The notes under the pieces were generated by a model. That model made no database searches, had not been told where the DNA came from, and saw nothing but the letters and a program-made list of their open reading frames with translations. The translations under genes and the position numbers were made by a program. Of a DNA stretch of 64,000 bases, positions 39,553 through 54,354 are shown piece by piece. Every line of letters starts with the position of its first letter. Position 1 is the first letter of the stretch. Source of the stretch: the human T2T-CHM13v2.0 reference genome, Homo sapiens; the NCBI RefSeq assembly GCF_009914755.1, contig NC_060946.1; one strand, given 5' to 3'.

Positions 39553-41250
39553 TTATTTATGTTTTTATTGGAGTAAAATACACATAATATGAAATTTACC
39601 ATTGGAGACATTTTAGTATGTTCACGCTATTGTGCAACCATCACCACTACCTAGCTCCAAAACATCTTTAACACCCCAAATGGAAACACTGTACAGAAAG
39701 CAGTCACTCCCCATCCCTCCCTCCTCCCCACACTCGCTGGCAACCATCCGGCTGCATTCTGTCTCTGTGGATTTATCTATTGTGGATATTTTATGTAAAT
39801 GGAATCATATAATATGTGACTTTCATGTCTGACTTCTTTCACTTAGCGCTTGGCACTGTGTTTTCAAAGTTCGTGTATGTTGTAGCATGTATCAGTACTT
39901 CATTTCTTTTTACAGCTGAATAATATTCCATTGTATGGATGTCCCACATTTTGTTGACCTGTTTATTCGTTAGTAGACATTTGAGTTGTTTCTACTTTTC
40001 AGCTATTATGAACAATGCTGCTGTGAACATTTGTATGCCAGTTTTTTGTGTGGATATGGCTTTCATTTCTCTTAGATATATACTCAAGAGTGGAATTGCT
40101 GGGTCATAGGGTCATTGTATGTATAACTTTTTGAGGAACCATCAAACGATTTTCCACAGCAGCTGCACCATTTTACTTTCCCCTCAGCAATGTGACAGTA
40201 CCAGTGTCTCCACATCCTTGCCCACATATGTTCTTTTCCATGTTGTTGTTTTTATTGTAGCCATCCTTATGGGTATGAAGGTATCTCATGGTTTTAGTTT
40301 CCATTTCCCTGATGATTAATGATGTCAAGCATCTTTTCATGTATGTGTTGGCCATTTGTAGATCTTCTTTGGGGAGATGTCTAGTCAGGTCCTTTGCCCA
40401 TTTTTTTTTAATTATACTTTAAGTTTTAGGGTACATGTGCACAACGTGCAGGTTTGTTACATATGTATACATGTGCCATGTTGGTGTGCTGCACCCATTA
40501 ACTCATCATTTAACATTAGGTATATCTCCTGATGCTATCCCTCCCCCCTCTCCCCACCCCACAACAGGCCCCGGTGTGTGATGTTCCCCTTCCTGTGTCC
40601 ATGTGTTCTCATTGTTCAATTCCCACCTATGAGTGAGAACATGCGGTGTTTGGTTTTTTGTCCTTGCGACAGTTTGCTGAGAATGATGGTTTCCAGCTTC
40701 ATCCATATCCCTACAAAGGACATGAACTCATCATTTTTTATGGCTGCATAGTATTCCATGGTGTATATGTGCCACATTTTCTTAAACCAGTCTATCATTG
40801 TTGGACATTTGGCTTGGTTCCAAGTCTTTGCTATTGTGAATAGTGCTGCAGTAAACATACGTGTGCATGTGTCTTTATAGCAGCATGATTTATAATCCTT
40901 TGGGTATATACCCAGTAATGGGATTGCTGGGTCAAATGGTATTTCTAGTTCTAGATCCCTGAGGAATCGCCACACTGACTTCCACAATGGTTGAACTAGT
41001 TTACAGTCCCACCAACAGTGTAAAAGTGTTCTTATTTCCATTTTTTAATCAGGTTGTTTGTCTTTTTGTTATTGAGTTGTAAGCAATCATTATATATTCT
41101 GATCACTAGACCCTTATCAGATAAGTGGTTTGCAAATATTTTCTCCCATTTCATGGGTTGTCTTTTCACTTACTGACAGTGTTATTTGATGCACAAAGCT
41201 TTTACATTTGGCAAAATTAAATATTTTTTTCTTTTCTTTCTTGTGCTCTG
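39553..41250 (-). mobile_element. L1MB-like 3' fragment, host of an L1PA insertion
   Basis: aaaatacacataatatgaaatttaccat...tgtgcaaccatcaccact...gtaaatggaatcatataatatgtg. Confidence 0.82.
40401..41037 (-). mobile_element. Young 5'-truncated L1PA3/4-like element
   Basis: ttatactttaagttttagggtacatgtgcacaacgtgcagg; ORF 40616..41041 is an intact ORF2 C-terminus ([13 protein letters not shown]...); TSD ccatttttt. Confidence 0.93.
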
Positions 41251-44200
41251 AGTGTAACTACTGCCATTTTTCAAGCCAAGCCAATATGTGTTGCACACCG
41301 TGCCAGAGGCTGCATTTAATCCTCACAGCAATGCCATAGGATGGGAGCCATTATCCCCATTTTGCAGATGAGGCTCATGTAGGTGAAGTCACTTACTCAA
41401 AGCCTCCATGTAGAAATTGTTGGAGGTAGCCTGCTGACACAGTCTGGTGCCCTCTAGTAAAAAGAAGTGGGCTTTCTGAGCCAGCAGACAGAATCTGAGA
41501 CTTCGAGGACAGAAGGAATTTTAAGCACCTGTTGGGCGTTGTTTGTCATTCAGAGCCTTTCCTATCTAGGTACTCATTCGACAAACATCCGCCGAGCGCC
41601 CACTGTGTGGTAGGCATTGCACCTGTTGCTAGAGCTATTGCAGGGACCCTGACCCAGTTCCTGCTCTCACAGAGTTTCCAGTCAAGGTGAGGCTGTAGTA
41701 TGTAAATGAGTAAACAAGGATGCAAACATGCTGGTAACAGATTGTGTTAAGGACCAGGAAAGAAATTCACATGGTGGAATGATGCAGAGTGAGGATGGAG
41801 AGGACATCAGTTATTGTGAGAGGCGTTGCAATGCAGAAAAGGTATACAGGAAGAAGCTGTGATAGAGGACCTCACCTGGGAGGAGGACAGTGATGAGCGA
41901 AGGGTCAGGGAAGGATTACCTGATAACACTCCAAGATTTGGAAGTTGAGTAGGAAATAGACTGAGGGTGGAAAATGGGGGGGAGAAGGGGGAAACATTCC
42001 AGGCAGATGCACTAGCACATGCTAAGGTTCAGAGGTCAGAAGGAACTCGATGAGTTTGAGAAAGCAAATAAATAAATAAGATCAATCTGACTAAACTGCA
42101 GAGAAAATATCAGGACAGGAGGCTGGGGCAGTGGTCAGAAACTGTATTGCTCAAGGTCATGAGAAGACAGGTGGACTAGGTAGGAGATATCTGGAAAAAT
42201 TTAAGCATAAGGGTGATCATTCTGACTTCTATTTGGCAAAAATGATTGAGGATGGTCAGAGTGGATCCATGGAAATCAAGGTGGACAATATCTACTATTT
42301 CACTTGAACTCAGGGAGATAAGATTACCACTTTCATAGGCAAAGAGAATGAGGCTTAGAGAGATGAAGTAACATACTTGAAGTGGCGAACTTAGTCCAGA
42401 TCCCTTCTCTCCTGAGCTCCTCCCCTTACAGCTTCCTTACTCAAAGTGTGGTCCTCGGACTAGCAAAATTATTAGAAATGCATAATCCTGAGCCCCATGC
42501 AAAACCAAATGAATCAAAATTTTCACTTTAACATGGCCCTTGGGTGACTCATATGCACATTACACCTGGAGAAGCACTGGTTTGTAACGCACTGTCCCTG
42601 CACCAGTGGGCACAGCCTTGGCCATCTTCAGCTATCAAGAGAGCAAAACCCTTTTAGAATTCTCAAAAGTCCTGATGGTGGTTGAGAGAGTATAGGTTGC
42701 CCTGCCACCTACTATGTGCCAGGCTATGAGCCATGTGTGAAGAGAATATTGGAACTAATGAGACATAATTCCTGCCCTCCAGTTATTCATAGCCAAGTGG
42801 AGCTCAAAAAGGAAATGAGAGCTAATGATAAATTCTGAGATTCAATTGTTACAGTATTGTTCCCCCAAGGCCCTTCAGAATTTTTCTTTCTTTTTTTTAA
42901 ACAAAGATAAAATTCCAAACCATAGGGCAGTTGGTCTTCACGCCTCTCTCACATTAATTTTTATCTATGTGTGAAATCAGGGAGGAATTAAGCTTCCATT
43001 TGTGCTAAGAAAGATGGATGGGGAGCCACGGCTGGCAAATTGAAGCCAAACAGAGCCATCAGTTGGCTTAATCAGGCAAAGAAGGGAAGCAGAGAAGCCG
43101 CAAACGATCAGCAGCTTGGGAGGACAGATGGCCAGAGCCCCCCACCAGGGACAGTGTCCTCCATTTCTCAGCTCCTGAGCCACAGGGCAATAGAGCTGGC
43201 TATGTTTTGAGTGCCCACTCTGTGCCAGGGATGGCATGAAGCTCCCCATGCCCATCGTTTCATTGATTTCTCACTACTGTCCTATAAGGAGGGTGGACTT
43301 ATCACCATTTTACAGTGGGTAAACATGTGACTTGTCTTAGATCCACAGCAGATGACTGGCAAGGTTTCAACCTAGGGCTGGCTTATTTCACAGAACAATC
43401 TCTCCTCTAGGACAGAAGGGCAGCCTGGAGAGAGAAATGAACCTAGCTTTCTGTCTGTGGTCCTGAAAGAAGTATGGAGCTTCTTGGCAATGTCTTTGCT
43501 GTAGGTCACAACACAGTCTGGAGCAGAGATAAGAGTTATCCACCGTTCTCTGCTACTGCAAGCCCCATTCAGTCATACTGTCATTCAACAAACATTTAAT
43601 GGGTACCTGCTATGTATCAAGCTTTGAGCTGATATTAGAGATACAAAAAGGAAAAAATATTTATTCTTTCATTCAACAAACATTTTATAAAGCAACTACT
43701 ATATGCCATATACCTTTCTGGATTAGCAGGTTATCATAAATAAGACAGACAGTGGAGTAGTGACTTCGATAAGAGATACTGGAGTGAGGCAGCCTGAGCT
43801 TGAGTCTCAACTGCTCCACTTATTATGTGTATGTCCTTGAGGAAGTGGCGTAATACCTTTGAACTTCTTTTTTCCTCTTTTGCAAAATTAATCGTGGTTA
43901 TTCAGTAAATATTTACTGAGCACATTCTACATACCAGGAGCTCTTCTGGTTGCTGGTAGTGTGACTGAAAGCAAACAAACAAAAAGTAGTCCTAGCTTTT
44001 GTGGAACCTACAAACCCCTTAGCCATCTGTGAGATGGTTCCAAATAACCTGTCCCACTTTTGCTTCCTCTCCTATATCTCTGAAAATGAAGGGGGAACCA
44101 AGCGTCCTGTGCTTGGGAAGGAAATATTTTTCAAGCTCCTTTGATCCTCATAAAAGATAGAAATGGCTCCCAAGACTTGAAACCCTGGTCATGGTGTAGG

Positions 44201-44315
44201 GCTTTACTCAATCGTGGCCCTGGGCTATTCTTCACATCCCTTCCTCCTGGACTGACTGCCACGCTCTGTGAGAAGCATCTGCTACCCACCATCTCTCCTC
44301 AGAAAATTCAAAACT

Positions 44316-44684
<369 letters not shown>

Positions 44685-45093
44685 TCAAAACTGTTCTCTC
44701 ATATAGTACGTGAGAAAACAATTTCCTAAGAACCAAATATCTCCTAAGAATTAGAGTAAAAATAAGAATACCTTCTCGCTTGAGAACTGGAAAGTGTTCT
44801 TTCCAGTGCACAAATCACTTTTTAATATTTTTCATTAGATTTTTATGATAAAAGTAATAGATGATTCTGGTAAGAAATTTTTCAAGAAATAGTGAAGTGT
44901 AAGAAATAGGAACAAATCACTTTTATATTCATGGTCTCAATTGATTCTTGAAAATAGCTTATTAAAATAGGTATGGCACACTATTTTCTAACTTGCTTTT
45001 TTTTTCACTTAAAAAATAGTGAGCATCTTCCTATATGCTGAAGTATTCTTTGAGAACATGGTATTTAGTTTCTGAATGGGTGGAGTGTATTTA

Positions 45094-45418
45094 CAGTTAT
45101 GCATCACTTAACAATGGGGATATGTTCTAGGAAATGCATCTTTAGATGATGTCATCATTGCGTGAACATCATAGAGTGTATGTACACGAGCCTTGATGGT
45201 ATAGCCTACTACATACCCAGGCTATATGGTACAGCCTATTGCTTCTCCGCTACAAACCTGTACAGCATGTTACTGTGCTGAACACATTGTAACACAAAGG
45301 TATTTGTTTATCTAAACATAGAAAAGATACAATAAAAATATAATATTAAAATCTTATGGGACCACTGCCATATATACACTCTGTTGTAAATTGAAACACT
45401 GTTATGTGGCACATGATG
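45094..45418 (+). mobile_element. Tigger3a/MER7A inside an old L1M fragment
   Basis: ta|cagttatgcatcacttaacaatgggg...gttatgtggcacatgatg|ta. Confidence 0.85.
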
Positions 45419-46214
45419 TATTTCACTAAACATCTGTGAGTGGACATTCATCTTGGTGTTTTTTTTATTTTTCATTCCTAGAAACAAGATAGCCATGAAT
45501 ATCCTCATTCCTAACTCTTGGTGCAAATCTCTAAATCTTTTCTTATTATAATTATCCAGAACCGCATTTGGCGGATCAAAGTGTTTGAGCACGTTTTCTA
45601 GGCTTTTCACTAAATTGCCCTCCCGAAAGGTCATAACAGTTTGCATTCTAACCAGTCATGATGAAAGTGAGCATTTCCCATCACCCTTACCATCTCCAGA
45701 TTTTATTGCTGCTTTTTATCTTGGCCGATTAGGTGGATGAAAGTAGAATACAGCTTAGATTTGCATTTCATTTGTTATTAGTGAGGCTGAATTTTTAGTG
45801 CTTACTGAGTACTAGAAATATATTTCTTCTTTTGTGAACTGCCTGTTTATATCCTTCTTGATTGCCATTTTGTAATTAAAAGTCAGGGCACAGCCAGCAC
45901 CACAGAACTGTCGTTAAATTGCAGTCATTCCCTACCATGAAATACACATGTTGATGGTTCCAATTGTAGGGTGAAATCTCCTGTCAAACAGGATTCCCTC
46001 CCAGGAGAAGTCCCTTCCAAGCTTTCTCTCCCTGCCCGGTTTCCTCCCGCTCCAGGTCTCTGATGTTTCATCCTGGGCAAGGGGCAGGGGTGGGGATCAG
46101 GGGAGAATGAAACACTCACTTCCTTCTCTCTCTCTCTCTCTTTCTCTCTGTCTCTCTCCTCTCTCTCTCCCTCTCTGCTCTCTCCCATTGCCCACCCACC
46201 CCTTTCTGGATCAG

Positions 46215-46380
46215 CTCCTTGTGGAGGGGCAGTGCACAATGCCACCATCGGCCGCGTCCTCTCCCCAAGTTACCCTGAAAACACAAATGGGAGCCAATTC
46301 TGCATCTGGACGATTGAAGCTCCAGAGGGCCAGAAGCTGCACCTGCACTTTGAGAGGCTGTTGCTGCATGACAAGGACAG
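46215..46380 (+). CDS. SEZ6L: SEZ6L exon 6 (166 nt): N-half of CUB2, APCGGAVHNATIGRVLSPSYP...LLLHDKDR
   Basis: Read directly from the sequence (this frame is not in the ORF track). Acceptor ggatcag; donor CAG|gtaaag; CUB motif CGG...SPxYP...CxWxI. Confidence 0.96.
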
Positions 46381-46880
46381 GTAAAGCTCTGAAGGTCCAC
46401 ACCCAACCCCGTTTCTTCCCAGAATATTAGAACATGGCTTGAGGACTTGGAGTCTTGAAATGGCTGAAGCTTTGACCCTCGGAATTCAAGAAAAGAAGAG
46501 CTGGGGTGGATGGCAAAGATCTTAGACACCATCAGCTTCAATCTCTTCCTTTTACAGATAAGGAAACCAGGGTATGCAGAAGGAAATGGACCTGCCCCAG
46601 CTCAATCAGCAGGCTAGGGGAAGAGGCAAAAAGGGAACTGCCCTATTCTTTCTCTTGCACACCCCTTTTTGCAGTTGAACAAAAAGAGAGTATGTATTGA
46701 TCATCTGCTCAGTACCCAGCCATATATTAGGCTCCATGGAGAACATGAAAGAAGTAGAAAATATTAGTTTCTGACATGATAGGAAATTGAGATGGAAAAA
46801 CTAGACGTATGCACATGAAAGAATGAAGGAGAAGTTACCAGGCAATATCTAAGCAAGAGTGTGTCTGTAGACTCTTAATA

Positions 46881-47120
46881 ATATGCATAGAATCCAGAAT
46901 ATGCATAGAATCCAGAATTATAAAACTTTAATATTCTGCAGTATTATTCTAGAATATTTGGGGATCTTATTCTAGAAATTATGGAATCTTATTCTAGAAT
47001 GTTCTGAAATATTCTGGTATCTTATTCTGGGATATTCTGGCGTCTTATTCTAGAATATTATGGGGTCTTGTTCTAGAATATTCTGGATTATTCTGAGATC
47101 TTATTCTAAGATAGTCTAGA
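46881..47120. repeat. 18-bp tandem duplication plus a degenerate ~23-bp tandem array (TCTTATTCTAGAATATTCTGGGA-like)
   Basis: Seen directly. Confidence 0.88.
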
Positions 47121-47148
47121 AAACTAGGACTTTAGCTGCTTTGACTTG

Positions 47149-47592
47149 CTGTCTTGAGTTGGGTTTCCTTGGAATCAGACATGGTGATAAAGATGTGAGA
47201 GGAAGTAGTTCACTGGGGAGCTGATCCTAGTAAGCACTAGGAGGCACATGGGAAAGTGAGATTGTGAATACCAGCTGCGTTAATAAGCGGGTGACTGCTG
47301 GGAAAACCGGGATTCTGTCCACTGGAAACCTCTGGGCAATGTGTTGAGCATACCTCAGAGTGGTCCTGTTGGAAGGGTGAGGGAGCTAGGGTACTTATGC
47401 ACCAGCTCCCATTCATCACTGGATGAGAGATGTGATGAGGAGCACTAACTATCCCCAACATCAGCTGCCACCCTTTGAGCTGGTTGAGTTGACTGATTCT
47501 CAGAGACTTGTGGTCAGAAGCCAGCAGAAAATGTGGGAGCAGTTGACTGCTGAGGGGTAGGAGAGGGTAGGGCACTGGCAGTGTTTACTGCA
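47149..47592 (-). mobile_element. LTR16C-like ERVL LTR
   Basis: gttgggtttccttggaatcagac...acctcagagtggtcc...gggtgagggagctagggtacttatgcaccagctcccattcatcactgg. Confidence 0.75.
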
Positions 47593-49791
47593 CTTCCAGA
47601 ATGCCCCCACCTTAGAATTTTGGAGTCCAAGAAACTTTGATCTAAGAATTCTAATGTTTTGGCTTCTTTGATGGATCAAACCTAGACTATGAGGTCTTTA
47701 GTTTGGAAAGACTTAAAAAAAAAAAAAAGACAACTGAATAATTTTCCCATACCTCTTGAGTCCACTTCCCTCTAGGCAGTTCAGCTTTATCCAGAACAAC
47801 TCTATATCGATAAATTGCTGCTTTAAAGTGTAAGGTATCAAGCAGGGGCTCCCGAACGTGGCTTTTTAGCAGCACCAGAATAATAACCTGGGGAATTCTT
47901 TAAAAATCAGATTCCCTATCCTTTCTTCTGGAGACTCTGAAAATCTGGGCATGGGAACCCTTGGTGAAGGACCATTTCCAAATCTTAAACCTCAGATCTG
48001 CCTCTTCTGAGGGGTGCTTGAGATGAGCCAGGCTTAAGTTTATACTAGACAACAAGAATTAGCAGAGACAAAAGAATGCATCAAAATGAGTATTTTCTTA
48101 TTTTCTGCAAGTTGTTTAAGTCCTGACAAATGGGCCCCCCACTGGCACTGGTCACTAGTAGTTTCTCTGGGGTCCTGCAAAGATCTGCATGAGCTGACAC
48201 TTACCAGGAAAAAACCAGCTTTCAAGTGTATCAGTAGGAAGAGAAGTTTGTAGAGTTCATCAAGGTTAAAGGTCAACACACACACAAAAATGATGAAGAC
48301 ACTACTCTCTGGGCCAAGAAGAAAAGAGAAATCAATTATGTCTGTCCCATGTACTTTATTGAGGGGGAAATGGCTAAAATACCACAATATGTCAGTTGCA
48401 AGAACTCAGAGCTAGATAAGACTCTACATAAGAAATGGGACTTTGACCTAAAGTCAAAATGGAAGGAGATTGGATAATGGATCCAAAAATACAGAGGGAG
48501 GGGTATTCCAAGCATGGAGAATTGGAGGATGAGCACAAAGATGGAGGGGAAAGAATTAGCAAATTTGTTGGGGGGCTGCAGCAGAAGCTCTCATGAGAAC
48601 AGGAGGAAAGAGATCTGGGAAGCTAGATTGGGGTTATATCCTGAAGGATTTTGAATGCCAGGCTACTTTTATAGGCAATAGAGAGCCTATAAAAGTCTTT
48701 TTAGTCGAGGAGGGACATGAATAAAGATTTTAAGATGATTTTCCTCAAAATGAACCCTTTCTAAACTCCAGTCTCATAATATGCCCCCAAAAAAGTGAGT
48801 TCTCTGGTCAAACATGTTTGGGAGACACTGCGCCCACCCTATCCTTGCCTTGAAAGGTCGTAATATGTACTAGCTAACAAAGGCACTGATAAGTCCTGCA
48901 GGGAAAAAAAAGTTTAATTTTTATTTAATTCAGCATTTTGCAAATCCATTTGACCATAGACTATTAAGAATTTGAGAGAAAATGTATTACTATTGCAGAC
49001 ATTCTAGAAAATATGGTTAGAAAATTGTTGGTTTTAAAAGATTAATAGACTACAGAGATTTTGAGATCTTGAAGCTTTCCTCCAGAGCAACCCTCTTTGC
49101 CAAAGGCTTCTGTTCTTTGAAAGAGGTGTCCCAACACACAGCCCCTAAGATATAACAGAGTCATCAGGAATCAGAAGACTATGTAGATGCCCCTTCCCAC
49201 TCCTGGAATGCCCCCTGGACTCTACCACAGCCCCCATCCTTGCCTCAGCCATACTGGACACATGGCAAAATAAACAAACTGTGGCTGCAACATTTATACA
49301 TCTTAGTGACATTAGAAATTCATCTGGGCAGCATAAAATAAACTATTTTTATGAGTCAGTAAAAACCTCAAAGGCTTAAAAATGTGTGTTTATGACTCCA
49401 TAAAAGAAGCTTATCTAATTTGTATATGGTTTTCTTCACCATTTTTGCATAATTTCTTTAAAAAACCAAGGCTAGCAAGAAGTCAACTTCAAATAGCTTT
49501 AATAACAATAAAAATAAATACCCAACATTTTGTTTAACACATTTTATTTTTCAGGGCACTTTTTATTTTGCAATATTCTCAAAGCCCACCTGTAAGATGG
49601 GTCAGAACGACGTTATGGTTGGGTCTCTCCTTTCACAGTTGAGGACACTGAGGCTGAAAGGTGTTTTAAGACTTAATGTAAATCCAGATGGGGAATTGAG
49701 AAATGGGAATTATGACTCTTGACTTCCCACACAGTGCTCTTAGAAAATGGGGATCAGAGACAGAGCCTGGTGGGAGTCAAATGCTTAATAA

Positions 49792-50110
<319 letters not shown>

Positions 50111-50488
50111 CACACTCTGATATAGGTGCAATTGTACCCATTTTACAGATGAGAAAACAGAGGCTCAGAGAAGTGAAGTGTTCTTGTGCAAAGTCACACA
50201 GCTGAGAAGTGACAGAGTCAGGACTCACACCCAGGTCTGCCTGACTTTACAAAAGCCACCATTTAGGCAATGAGATTAGTCCATTATTTCCAACTTCTCA
50301 GTTAATAATAATAGTCAACATCAATTCATTAGTTCGTCGTTTGGTTTATTACATCATATACATTACTCTCCCTACAACCTCAGAATAAATCCATAAGGAA
50401 GCCAGGACAGGCATTTAGTCCCATTGTACAGAAGAGGAAACAGGTTCGATAAGGTGATGCTTGTCTGAGCACATAAGAGGTAAAGTCA

Positions 50489-50788
<300 letters not shown>

Positions 50789-50905
50789 TTAGGTTTGGGA
50801 TCCGGTAATGAGGCTCCAGAGGCAGTCGTAGCACATCCCTTCCTCTGCCATGTCAGTGACCCAGGAAGATCTGTCAGTGTCCCTCCTCTCTGCTCCCACT
50901 GCCAG

Positions 50906-51072
50906 GATGACGGTTCACAGCGGGCAGACCAACAAGTCAGCTCTTCTCTACGACTCCCTTCAAACCGAGAGTGTCCCTTTTGAGGGCCTGCTGAGCGAAG
51001 GCAACACCATCCGCATCGAGTTCACGTCCGACCAGGCCCGGGCGGCCTCCACCTTCAACATCCGATTTGAAG
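50906..51072 (+). CDS. SEZ6L: SEZ6L exon 7 (167 nt): C-half of CUB2, [11 protein letters not shown]...FNIRFE
   Basis: Acceptor cccactgccag; donor AAG|gtgagg; ORF 50850..51119. Confidence 0.97.
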
Positions 51073-52003
51073 GTGAGGGTCCCTGGGAGCTTCCCTTTCT
51101 CTTGTGGGGCTGGGGGTAGCCTGGGAGCAGGGAAAGCATGGGGAGATAGAAATCTGGGCTGCGAAGGATGTGGGAAATCCCATGGCCATGTGGATCCTTT
51201 GGTTTCCAAAGACAGGCTCTTGGTTTCATTAATAATAACAATGCCTATCATTAACTGTGCACTTACTACGTGCTCAGTGCCTTCTGTGCACTGTCTGATT
51301 GGATTTCAGCTTCTGCATCATGTTTGATCCTCATCACACTGAAACATTAGAACTGTTATTCTATCTGATTTTTGGTGAGGAAACTGAGGTTTAAGACACT
51401 TGGGTGACCGGCCCAAGACCACCAGTGAACAAGGGTGGAGTTAAGATTTCTGTCCATCCTGTGCTGGGGAGCCCTGAAGCTCTGCTCCACTCCACCTAGT
51501 AGACCTCTTAGAATTTAGCCACTTCTTCCTCCAAGAAGAATTTAGCAAGAGCCTCTCCTGCTGAGACCCTGACTCTTGAAGAAGGGGTTCGCTGGGCATT
51601 TCATGTACGCTGGGGGACTTTCTGTTCTGGCTTTGCCAAGAAAAGCTGGCTTTTATCATAGACAGCCCTACAGTTTCCAGTGGCAAAAAGTCAGGGCTCT
51701 GAAGTTACGGGCCATGGGAAGGATCCATATAGGATGTGGAAAGGCATTAAAACACAACAACTCCACAGGGTGGAGAAGACAGAGATTCTTACTCCTATTT
51801 TAGATTTTTTTAAATGAGGTCCCAAGGAGTCAACTGGGTGGCCCCAGGGTTCTCAACACGTCAGCTGGAACCAGGACACGTAATTTGGTACCTGTTTTCT
51901 TTGGGGCTTTTCTAAACAGCACAGGGGACCCATCTTCTGAAATATAGCACCGTGGGGTAGTCCCTGCATCATCTGAACTGCTGCCTCTCTTTCCCTTCCT
52001 CAG

Positions 52004-52198
52004 CGTTTGAGAAAGGCCACTGCTATGAGCCCTACATCCAGAATGGGAACTTCACTACATCCGACCCGACCTATAACATTGGGACTATAGTGGAGTTCAC
52101 CTGCGACCCCGGCCACTCCCTGGAGCAGGGCCCGGCCATCATCGAATGCATCAATGTGCGGGACCCATACTGGAATGACACAGAGCCCCTGTGCAGAG
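52004..52198 (+). CDS. SEZ6L: SEZ6L exon 8 (195 nt, phase 1-1): sushi domain 2, AFEKGHCYEPYIQNG...WNDTEPLCR
   Basis: Acceptor ttcccttcctcag; donor GAG|gtgagc; sushi Cys/Trp pattern read from the sequence. Confidence 0.97.
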
Positions 52199-52846
52199 GT
52201 GAGCGGATCCACAACGCTCTTCCCACGGCACCCCAGGGATCTCCACCCTTTGGATGAGAAGACCAAGGCCCCAGCTTAGAGGCCTGTCCCCAGTTTTCAT
52301 ACCAACTTTAGGATTAGAACCCTTTCCAGGGTTCACTGTCCTTTGGTTCAGGGTTGCTGCTGGTCTTGAGAAAATTACAAAATGGGTGAATTTTAGAAGG
52401 TGCACCTTCTTCCAGGCATAGGTCCCACAGTGCACAGCTTAGTGAGCTGAATACTGCATGGATTTCAGCTCCTAAATACTCCCTCTGCTACGCATGCTTG
52501 TGCAGTGCACAACCCACGCAATAACCTCATTAATAAGAACAATAATAGTTCTTAATTGGTGTGTAATAATTATGCTACCAGCACTTTGCTAAGAGTGTGT
52601 GTGCATTATCTGATTTCAACCTCACCATAGCCTTATAAAGTAGATTGTATCGGCCCCATTTGTAGGTGAGAAACTAATGCTGTGAAGTGACCTGCCTAAG
52701 AACACACAAGGGGAATTGGCAGGGACAGGAATGGAACTCATGTCTCTTTGTTCTCAGAGCACTGTGCTCTGAGCCCCACTGGACAGTGTTGTAGAACCCT
52801 CATCTACACAGGCTGCAGTGGACTGTCCTGCCAGTTTCCCCATATT

Positions 52847-53220
<374 letters not shown>

Positions 53221-53804
53221 TGAAATCACAGCCTTGCCATGGTGAGGGATTGATCCCTATATTAAATGTGCCGATTTAACAGAGCGGAATTTATTGGTGC
53301 TTTGGCCTCTGCCATGTTGAGACCTTTCCAAAGTGGTAAACACAGAGTAGAATTTAAAGGGCACCTGCCGCAGCCACATCTCTGCTTCCAGTTCAGGGCC
53401 GGGACCTGTCATAGCAACATTATCTAAATTATCGAGCAGCTACCATGTGCCAGACACTGTGCAGCATGTTTGACATTCATGAGCTTAAGCCTCAAAATAA
53501 CCCAATGAGGTTGGCAGTGGTATTGCCCCCATTTTGTAGAGAAAGGGAGCTGAGGCTCTGGGAAATTACATACCTCCTCCTACAGCCTGTTAGCAGCAGA
53601 GGCAAGATTGGGACCCCGGGACCACCTAACTTGAGTGGGCGGTCTCTTAGCCACTACTCACCCCGCAAAAGAGCAGAGGCTGTTGAGGAGTCATTCTGAC
53701 CACTGAGCTCTGTCCTTGGTCTTGAAAGAGCAATAGCACCTCTTAGCCCAACTTTTACCAACCCTCAGGTGCAAGGTAGGCAGCTGGCCAGCTCTCATTT
53801 AATC

Positions 53805-53808
<4 letters not shown>

Positions 53809-53847
<39 letters not shown>
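53809..53847. repeat. (CA)~19 microsatellite upstream of exon 9
   Basis: Seen directly. Confidence 0.95.
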
Positions 53848-53851
<4 letters not shown>

Positions 53852-53929
53852 TGGCTGCCCGAGGTGAAGACACCTGTCCACAGTACACAGAGATTCACGG
53901 CTGTCTGACTTCATAGCCCACATGGTTAG

Positions 53930-54133
<204 letters not shown>

Positions 54134-54301
54134 TGAGTGTTTAAAATGGGTGGCCCTCTAATTTGGCAAAATTTGGGAGATTGAGAAAGAAATTGCTCCT
54201 GCTTTATTCTTTCAACCAATATTAACTAAGCATCTACTATGTGCCGGGACTATGCAGAGAACAGGCATTCCCATAGTGAGACCAAGAACAGCATCACAAA
54301 T

Positions 54302-54306
54302 ACACA

Positions 54307-54354
<48 letters not shown>
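54302..54354. repeat. (CA)n(GA)n compound microsatellite downstream of exon 9
   Basis: Seen directly. Confidence 0.95.

Noticed and set aside
40616-41041. 141-aa ORF with a Cys/His motif
   Set aside because: C-terminus of L1 ORF2 in a 5'-truncated L1PA; not a gene.
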